Shown piece by piece: positions 22,111 through 28,839 of a stretch of DNA of 64,000 nt. Positions within the stretch are counted from its first letter, which is position 1; each line of letters starts with the position of its first letter. The stretch is taken from positions 1,717-65,716 of the forward strand of contig CALWLL010000039.1 of the NCBI GenBank assembly GCA_944381555.1, in the 5' to 3' direction. A model generated the notes under the pieces. That model was not told the DNA's origin, made no database searches, and saw only the letters and a list, made by a program, of their open reading frames with translations. A program made the translations under genes and the position numbers. The DNA is from an uncultured Agathobacter sp. GTDB taxonomy: Bacteria > Bacillota > Clostridia > Lachnospirales > Lachnospiraceae.

Positions 22111-24279
22111 CTATTCCTCTAATGATTCTACTTTTGCCCGAAGCGCCAACTCCAACACCTCTAAATCATCCGGCAGCATCTGCTTTAATTGTGCAATGAC
22201 AGCAAGTGCCTGATTTGCCTGTCCTTTTGCAAGCATCTCTTCTACCTGCGCAACAATCTGATTACGCAGATTATAAAGTTCTTCCTTTCTCTTATGGGCT
22301 CTCTGGCTTTCCAACTCCGGATATTGTTCAAGAAATGCCCGGATGCCACTTGCCCATTCCGGACACCGCAAAATACTTTCTTTTAAACATTCAAGCGCTT
22401 TCTTTCTATCCTGCGTTTCCAAATCAAGAAATTTCTTAATCCAAAGAACTGCCTGAAGTGTATCCGGCAGAACCTCCGGATACTGCACGAAAGCCTCTTG
22501 GCGATAATACTTTTCATAAAACTGCAAAGATGTGTTTACCAATTGCGCCAGAATTTCATGATAGCCCATAAGCTTCCCTGGTCCGTTTGGTCCCTTTGCC
22601 GCTTTTTTTTCCAGCAATACCAATTGGAAAAACTGATATTTCCAATCCTCCGGTACGAAAACTTCTTCTATTTTTTTCCTTGTGTTCGAAACGTGTTCGT
22701 TTTCAACATCTTTAATATACTGCCGGACATTCTTTTTCCACTTATCCGCCGGAACTGCTTTCCATTCCCGATAAATGTCTACAGAAAACTCCTCCGCCAG
22801 CGAAGATACCGCCGGAGGAATTGCCAGCACATTAAAAAATGTTCTATAAAACCCCTTAACTGCGCTCTCAAATGATTCTTTATTATTTTCAAAGCCTGCT
22901 GACCGAATCCTTGCATACCAGATATACCAGTCATCCGATTCTGCATTTGCATAGGCATACATGATTTTGCGGCAAGCCTGCTGGCTTTTCTTTTCCCATT
23001 CCTCAGCAGCCGCCACCATCAGCTCGCGTAATTCCCTGTTTGAAAAACCATCTGTTACGATACGGGCAAATATCGGGTCATAGTCCATTGTTGCCATCGC
23101 CTCTGCCAGATATTTTTCTGTTCCATCAAAAACATAGATTACCGGTTGATTTAACTCCAGCTTCTCATAATAAGTATGCAGTTCTTCCCTGCTTCCTTCC
23201 TTAATTCCACAGGAGATTAAAATACTATAGGCTTTTTTCATGTTGGTGTCATCAAAAGCCTCATTCACATATGCCGCCATTGTCTGTACCAGCATGGCAT
23301 CTTCGTTCTTAGGAAGTTCCTTTGCTTTCCTGAAATACTCTAGCACGCACCTCTTCGCATTTTCATAATTTCCCAAATTCAAATATGCAACTGCTGACCC
23401 AAGATAAATATACGCATTACATAACTCCGTATTTCTTGTATCTTTTAACGCTCTTTGACACATCTCTAATGCAGGCTCATATTCTTTTAAGAACAATGCC
23501 CCTTCCACATATCCTGCGTAAAATGTACCAATCTGAACATTATTATAGTCATCATTGATATTTTTTGTATTCTCAATACATTCTTTACAAAAATCACATA
23601 AATCTTTCCACGCCTTTACCGTACGGTATTCCTGTGCTAACTGTGCCTTCCACCTTAGGTTCTTTGGCTCCTCTTGAATCATGTTTCTTAACAGTAAAGA
23701 ATTTCTTTCAAAGTGTGCCTGTTTCTGTTCATCCGTTTCAAAAATGTATCCCGAATGATATGCTAGTGCATAAATACTCTTACACTTTCCTCGAACCGGA
23801 TACATATATTCATGAACTCTGCCTCGAAATTCTGTATCTGCATCAATCCGCATCATCCGGGATACCCATGAATCACTATAGTAAGTATAGCTTGGCTCAT
23901 AGAAATTGCGAACCAGATAATTGGCATATCCGTACTTTTTATATTCTCCAGAACGAAAGAATTGTACTAATTCATCGATTTCAACGAACCATTCGTCATC
24001 ATCTAAGAATAAAAACCATTCGCCCCTGGCTTTACTTAAGCCCACATTCCGCGCTTTGGCAAAATCCTGACACCACTCAAATTCATAAACCTGATCGGTA
24101 TATTCTGTAAGAATCTTGTGAATTCCGGGATTCTTGCTGGTATCTACCAGTATCAGTTCACTTGGAATCTGCTCTAAAACCGGACGCAGAGAATCCAGAC
24201 ATTTCCGAATGGAGTCCGGTCGGTTGGATGCTAATAATGAGATTGTAAGCTGTGGTTTTGTGAATGTCTTTTCCAACAT
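22111..24279 (-). CDS. family-2 glycosyltransferase with a C-terminal TPR/helical-repeat region (paralogue)
   Basis: 722-aa ORF. Its N-terminus is collinear with the 639-aa paralogue (ISLLASNRPD...ELILVDTSKN...LDDDEWF). AAGGAG RBS. Confidence 0.7.
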   Translation of the reverse strand: MLEKTFTKPQLTISLLASNRPDSIRKCLDSLRPVLEQIPSELILVDTSKNPGIHKILTEYTDQVYEFEWCQDFAKARNVGLSKARGEWFLFLDDDEWFVEIDELVQFFRSGEYKKYGYANYLVRNFYEPSYTYYSDSWVSRMMRIDADTEFRGRVHEYMYPVRGKCKSIYALAYHSGYIFETDEQKQAHFERNSLLLRNMIQEEPKNLRWKAQLAQEYRTVKAWKDLCDFCKECIENTKNINDDYNNVQIGTFYAGYVEGALFLKEYEPALEMCQRALKDTRNTELCNAYIYLGSAVAYLNLGNYENAKRCVLEYFRKAKELPKNEDAMLVQTMAAYVNEAFDDTNMKKAYSILISCGIKEGSREELHTYYEKLELNQPVIYVFDGTEKYLAEAMATMDYDPIFARIVTDGFSNRELRELMVAAAEEWEKKSQQACRKIMYAYANAESDDWYIWYARIRSAGFENNKESFESAVKGFYRTFFNVLAIPPAVSSLAEEFSVDIYREWKAVPADKWKKNVRQYIKDVENEHVSNTRKKIEEVFVPEDWKYQFFQLVLLEKKAAKGPNGPGKLMGYHEILAQLVNTSLQFYEKYYRQEAFVQYPEVLPDTLQAVLWIKKFLDLETQDRKKALECLKESILRCPEWASGIRAFLEQYPELESQRAHKRKEELYNLRNQIVAQVEEMLAKGQANQALAVIAQLKQMLPDDLEVLELALRAKVESLEE

Positions 24280-24319
24280 TTTTCTCCTTCATCTATCATA
24301 CAGATATTATGTAATGTAT

Positions 24320-24348
24320 ATTATACCATAGATTACTTTTTCCGACAA
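24320..24348 (-). promoter_or_regulatory. sigma-A promoter of the GT-GT-PHP operon
   Basis: Minus strand reads TTGTCG-17 nt-TATAAT with an extended -10 TG. Confidence 0.6.
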
Positions 24349-24380
24349 AAAATCTTGCGCTATTTGTTGATTATTGCACG

Positions 24381-24410
24381 AAAAAAGGAGTGAATTTCTC
24401 CACTCCTTTA
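24381..24410 (-). terminator. terminator after flagellin gene 1
   Basis: Stem AAAGGAGTG/CACTCCTTT followed by TTTTT on the minus strand. Confidence 0.75.
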
Positions 24411-24434
24411 AAATGCTTAATTAGTTTTATCTGA

Positions 24435-25823
24435 TTACTGAAGTAATGAGAGAACACCCTGTGTAGCCTGATTAGCCTGAGCAAGCATTGACTGTCCAGC
24501 CTGCTGGAGAATGTTATTCTTGCTGTACTCAACCATAGCTTCAGCCATATCTGTATCTCTGATTTCAGATTCAGCAGATGTTGTATTTTCTACTACGTTG
24601 TCTAAGTTAGCGATTGTATGCTCTAATCTGTTCTGGATAGCACCAAGTTCAGATCTTGTAGCAGATACTTTATCAATCGCTTCTGCGATAACATCGATTG
24701 CATAAGTAGCTTTCGCACCTGTATTATCTAATAAGTTAAGTCCTTTTACACCAAGACCTGCTGCGTCCATTGTGTCGATGGTTACAGCTATTTTGTTGTT
24801 TTCATCAGCATCAGCGCCTACATGTAAGCTGAACTGCAATCCCTGTGTACCTGCAACCTCACCTTCTGTGATTTCAAATTCAACCATATTCTGATTATCT
24901 ACTGTAACTTCTGCATGGTCTGCAACTTTTGCTTCATATCCCGGATCTGTACCTACCGAACTTGCTTTGCGAAGCTCTTCCTGAATAAGGTCATATGCCT
25001 GCGCTTTTGTGATAACAGATGCATCATTATCACCGATATCATTTCCATCTGTATCTTTCATGGTTACATAGGTTGTTGTTCCGATGATTACGGTATCGCC
25101 ATCTTTAATCATCTTCTGGAGATTTGCCTGTGTATATTTGCAATCTGCTTCGTCTTCGTCATCTGCTGTAGCAACTACTTCATATTCAATACCATTAATG
25201 GTAATAGTAGAACCTACTGCAGCCGGAACTTTTGCTTCTACTTCAGATATTTCTGTACCAATTGTATAACCTTTTGAACCAATTGTAATGGTTTCGCCTT
25301 CTTCTAAAGCATTCATTCTGAATGTAGCCGTTCCTGTTCCTGCACCCATCATCCGGCCTGCAATACCAGCATCTTTTGCTGATACAGTTAATGTTGTAGC
25401 TTTTCCGTTACCTTTTAGCAAATATGTTTCATTGAATTTTGTTGTTTCAGCGACACGATCGATTTCTGTTGTCAACTGGTCGATTTCGTTTTGGATTGCT
25501 TCACGATCGGATTCTGAGTTTGTTCCGTTCGCTGCCTGAACTGCTAATTCGTTCATACGCTGTAACATGGAATGAACTTCTGTTAATGCACCTTCAGCCG
25601 TTTGTACTGCGGAGATACCATCCTGTGCGTTTGTAGAAGCCTGATCAAGACCACGAATCTGTTTACGCATTTTTTCAGAGATAGATAATCCTGCTGCGTC
25701 ATCTGCTGCACGGTTAATCTTATAACCGGAAGATAATTTTTCTGTTGCTTTCGCCTGATTCTTTGTTGTTACTCCTAACATTCTGTTAGCGTTCATTGCC
25801 TGCATGTTGTGCTGTACTACCAT
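24435..25823 (-). CDS. fliC: flagellin
   Basis: 462-aa ORF. It has a canonical flagellin N-terminus (MVVQHNMQAMNANRMLG...INRAADDAAGLSISEKMR) and C-terminus (...LAQANQATQGVLSLLQ). Confidence 0.95.
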   Translation of the reverse strand: MVVQHNMQAMNANRMLGVTTKNQAKATEKLSSGYKINRAADDAAGLSISEKMRKQIRGLDQASTNAQDGISAVQTAEGALTEVHSMLQRMNELAVQAANGTNSESDREAIQNEIDQLTTEIDRVAETTKFNETYLLKGNGKATTLTVSAKDAGIAGRMMGAGTGTATFRMNALEEGETITIGSKGYTIGTEISEVEAKVPAAVGSTITINGIEYEVVATADDEDEADCKYTQANLQKMIKDGDTVIIGTTTYVTMKDTDGNDIGDNDASVITKAQAYDLIQEELRKASSVGTDPGYEAKVADHAEVTVDNQNMVEFEITEGEVAGTQGLQFSLHVGADADENNKIAVTIDTMDAAGLGVKGLNLLDNTGAKATYAIDVIAEAIDKVSATRSELGAIQNRLEHTIANLDNVVENTTSAESEIRDTDMAEAMVEYSKNNILQQAGQSMLAQANQATQGVLSLLQ

Positions 25824-25918
25824 AATTTTTTCTCCTTTTGTCTGTTATTCCTTTAACATCCTTCGTCCGTGAAGATAAATTAAATACCGCCTCCATGCAG
25901 TACCTTTAGTTACTATAT

Positions 25919-25945
25919 ATATCGGAAACAGTCCAAAAAACTTAA
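25919..25945 (-). promoter_or_regulatory. sigma-28 (SigD/FliA) promoter P1 of flagellin gene 1
   Basis: Minus strand reads TTAA-15 nt-TCCGATAT. The consensus is TAAA-N15-GCCGATAA. Confidence 0.65.
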
Positions 25946-26021
25946 CCCCTTCCTGCAATTTTTTCGAGAATGCTTGATTTTATGGGATTTGGAAGCATTT
26001 TCCTGTTCCGTTACAACTATA

Positions 26022-26048
26022 TTATCGGAATTTCTAAATGAAACTTTA
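26022..26048 (-). promoter_or_regulatory. second, upstream sigma-28-type promoter P2
   Basis: Minus strand reads TAAA-15 nt-TCCGATAA, about 200 nt upstream of the flagellin gene 1 ATG. Confidence 0.55.
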
Positions 26049-26203
26049 TATCTATTTTCAAAATTTTGCAAAATTTTTTTACAAACTCTTTTCTTTGATT
26101 CTTTCTTTTCCAGAAGATGCGCATCCGCAGCGGAGCGTTTTTCATATCATAGGAAAGTAAATTTCTTTCACACGTTAATGTATCACGGTCTTTCCTATGA
26201 TAA

Positions 26204-26234
26204 GAAAAAAGAAGCAGGACTTACGTCCCGCTTC
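26204..26234 (-). terminator. terminator after flagellin gene 2
   Basis: 10-bp stem GAAGCGGGAC/GTCCTGCTTC with a GTAA loop, followed by TTTTTT on the minus strand. Confidence 0.8.
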
Positions 26235-26262
26235 TTTCCTGATAGCCTTAACCTTGCTATGA

Positions 26263-27657
26263 TTAGCCAAGTAATGAAAGAACACCCTGAGTAGATGTGT
26301 TAGCCTGTGCAAGCATAGCCTGTCCAGCCTGAGCAAGAATGTTATTCTTGCTGTATTCAACCATCTCTTCAGCCATATCTGTATCACGAATCTGTGATTC
26401 AGCAGATGTTGTATTTTCTACTACGTTGTCTAAGTTAGCGATTGTATGCTCTAATCTGTTCTGAACAGCACCAAGAGCAGATCTTGTTTCAGAAACCTTA
26501 GCAACAGCATCAGCAATTGCATCGATTGCATAAGTAGCCTTAGCACCTGTGTTATCAACTACGTTAAGTCCCTTAACACCAAGTCCTGCAGCATCCATTG
26601 TATCGATTGTAACTGCAATCTTGTTGTTTTCATCAGCATCAGCACCTACATGTAAGGATAACTGTAATCCCTGTTTAGTTTCAGCTTTGCCTTCGGTAAT
26701 TTCGTAATATACTTTACCATCGCCATAGTCAGCATCCGTACCCTCAGCGTGCTCTGCAACTTTAGCTTCCTCACCTGCGTCTGTACCTACAGAACTTGCT
26801 TTACGAAGTTCTTCGCGAATAAGTTTGTAAGCCTTATCAGCAGTAATAATGGAAGCATCGTTATTGCTAACACCCTCTGTATCCATTGTAGCTGCAACGT
26901 ATGTTGTAGTTCCAAGAATAACCTTAGCACCTTCGTTGACGAATTTCTGTAAGCTGTCTGCAGTATACTTGTTCTCTGTTTCATCCTCATCTGCTGCATT
27001 AGCAACAACTGTATACTCTGTACCGTTAATAGTTACAGTAGTACCTGTAACTAAACCATCAACAGCTGTCTTAACATCATTAATATCTGTACCAATTGTA
27101 TAGCCTTTAGAGCCGATGGTAATCTGTTCGCCTTCTTTTAATTCATCCATTACAAAAACAGCTGAGCCTGTACCAACGCCTCTTAATGAACCTTCGATAC
27201 CAGCATCTTTAGCATTAATTGTAAGAGTAGAAACTTTGCCGTTGCCTTTCAGTAAGTAAGTTTCGTTGAACTTTGTTGTTTCAGCAACACGGTCGATTTC
27301 TGTTGTTAACTGATCAATTTCGTCCTGAATAGACTGACGGTCAGATTCAGAGTTTGTTCCGTTAGCTGCCTGAACTGCAAGTTCGTTCATACGCTGTAAC
27401 ATAGAATGTACTTCTGTTAAAGCACCTTCAGCGGTCTGAACTGCTGAGATACCATCCTGAGCGTTTGTAGAAGCCTGGTCAAGACCACGAATCTGCTTAC
27501 GCATTTTTTCAGAGATAGATAATCCTGCTGCATCATCTGCTGCACGGTTAATCTTGTAACCAGAAGATAATTTCTCTGTTGACTTAGCCTGTAAGTTAGT
27601 TGTGATTCCTAACATTCTGTTGGCATTCATAGCCTGCATATTGTGTTGTACTACCAT
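26263..27657 (-). CDS. fliC: flagellin (tandem paralogue)
   Basis: 464 aa from the ATG at 27657 (AGGAGG 8 nt upstream). The ORF-track start at 27687 over-extends. Its N- and C-termini are nearly identical to gene 1, and the centre is divergent. Confidence 0.95.
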   Translation of the reverse strand: MVVQHNMQAMNANRMLGITTNLQAKSTEKLSSGYKINRAADDAAGLSISEKMRKQIRGLDQASTNAQDGISAVQTAEGALTEVHSMLQRMNELAVQAANGTNSESDRQSIQDEIDQLTTEIDRVAETTKFNETYLLKGNGKVSTLTINAKDAGIEGSLRGVGTGSAVFVMDELKEGEQITIGSKGYTIGTDINDVKTAVDGLVTGTTVTINGTEYTVVANAADEDETENKYTADSLQKFVNEGAKVILGTTTYVAATMDTEGVSNNDASIITADKAYKLIREELRKASSVGTDAGEEAKVAEHAEGTDADYGDGKVYYEITEGKAETKQGLQLSLHVGADADENNKIAVTIDTMDAAGLGVKGLNVVDNTGAKATYAIDAIADAVAKVSETRSALGAVQNRLEHTIANLDNVVENTTSAESQIRDTDMAEEMVEYSKNNILAQAGQAMLAQANTSTQGVLSLLG

Positions 27658-27686
27658 ATAATTTTCCTCCTTGAAAATGAAATCCA

Positions 27687-27700
27687 CTGCATCCTTGCAG
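27687..27700 (-). promoter_or_regulatory. CsrA-type GGA hairpin in the flagellin gene 2 leader
   Basis: Minus strand reads CUGC-AAGGAU-GCAG, with GGA in the loop. A second GGA lies in the SD AAGGAGG (27665-27671). An analogous hairpin UACUGC-AUGGAG-GCGGUA sits at 25885-25902 in the gene 1 leader. Confidence 0.55.
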
Positions 27701-27788
27701 TTTTTGTTGTGTGACTTCCATCGTCCCGGCCGTACGCTCCGCTAGATTTTCATCACAAATAAACAATTATATTGTTTACCTATCTGCT

Positions 27789-27815
27789 ATATCGGACATT
27801 TTTCCCGATACTTTA
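27789..27815 (-). promoter_or_regulatory. sigma-28 promoter of flagellin gene 2
   Basis: Minus strand reads TAAA-15 nt-TCCGATAT. Confidence 0.7.
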
Positions 27816-27923
27816 TAGTTAAAAGAGAAAAATTTTAAAAATTTTTCCCTCTGAACTATCTTGTGGCTTCTTGCTTATCAAATGTTTTTTCTCTCAAAAA
27901 TTCCTTTTAGCAAGTCCCAAAAC

Positions 27924-28400
27924 TTATTTTTTATTATCCATAAACTGTGGGTCAACATAATTAAGCTGCATCATATTCTTGTAATATTGGCTTGCCGCTT
28001 TGGTGTTTGTGCGGACAATCTTAGCTTTCTGCTTGACAGATACAAATTTTCTTGTCATAAGGTCCTTATTCCTTGCTTCCTGCGATTGAAGCTCCATACT
28101 AAGATCTGTAATCCTTCGAATGCAATCCTGCATGGATTTGATTTTATCCCTGTAAGCATCTTTATGCTCATACAGTTCTTCTCTCACTCTTTCAAAAAGC
28201 TTATCAAATCCGCTGTCAAGCTGCTCCAATTGTTCAATGAGCTTTGCCTTGTCTTCTACCGTTTTATCAAAATCATCGGCATCCGCTTTCTCATCCTCCA
28301 ATAAGTTGCATTGAAGCACATTCAGTCTTTTTATTTCATTCAGAACCTGAATTTTTTTATTCAGGCTCTGAATCATAATGTCTACATAGGTCTTCTGCAT
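27924..28400 (-). CDS. helical protein in the fliT position (putative flagellar chaperone)
   Basis: 158-aa coiled-coil-like ORF immediately after fliS, in the fliD-fliS-fliT order known from Bacillus. AGGAGAG RBS. I recognise no sequence motif. Confidence 0.45.
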   Translation of the reverse strand: MQKTYVDIMIQSLNKKIQVLNEIKRLNVLQCNLLEDEKADADDFDKTVEDKAKLIEQLEQLDSGFDKLFERVREELYEHKDAYRDKIKSMQDCIRRITDLSMELQSQEARNKDLMTRKFVSVKQKAKIVRTNTKAASQYYKNMMQLNYVDPQFMDNKK

Positions 28401-28408
28401 TGTCTCTC

Positions 28409-28801
28409 CTATGACACCTGTACCTTCTTGCCTTGGTTAATCGCCATAACTTCTTTCCAGGTATCTCTCATGGTTCTTAAGTGTTTTAAGATTTCTTCCA
28501 TAATTTCCGCATCTTTCTTCATGTTCGCTTCGTGAAGCCTTCTGATAAGATAATTATAAACCTGTTCGAAGTCCTTTGCAACCGGATACTTGTGTTCCAG
28601 ACTTGACTTAAATTCTAATATGATACGCTCCACTTTAATGATATTATTATGTGCTTTTTCAATATCATTTTTTTCAATAGCTGCGATTGCAATATTTGCA
28701 AATTTAATTGCGCCATCATAAAGCATTAAGGTTAATTCTGCCGGTGAAGCGGTCATAATCTTACTGTTTGCATATGCTGCATATCCATTTGTTGGAGTCA
28801 T
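28409..28801 (-). CDS. fliS: flagellar export chaperone FliS
   Basis: YANSKIMTASPAELTLMLYDGAIKF is FliS-like. I chose the ATG at 28801, 7 nt after AAAGGTGGG. The ORF track starts at 28813. Confidence 0.85.
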   Translation of the reverse strand: MTPTNGYAAYANSKIMTASPAELTLMLYDGAIKFANIAIAAIEKNDIEKAHNNIIKVERIILEFKSSLEHKYPVAKDFEQVYNYLIRRLHEANMKKDAEIMEEILKHLRTMRDTWKEVMAINQGKKVQVS

Positions 28802-28839
28802 GTCTTTTCCCACCTTTTCCCTAAAAAACTGTTTAAAAC

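Noticed and set aside
22603-22610. T8/A8 homopolymer inside the 722-aa flagellin-locus glycosyltransferase, considered as a possible phase-variation tract.
   Set aside because: Runs of 7-8 A/T are common in this AT-rich sequence, and several intergenic examples exist. The tract is short for efficient slippage and the frame is currently intact. It is worth only a glance at read data.
25974-26294. 106-aa plus-strand ORF in the flagellin intergenic region.
   Set aside because: It has no RBS. It runs through the minus-strand terminator and the sigma-28 promoter P2, and into the end of flagellin gene 2.
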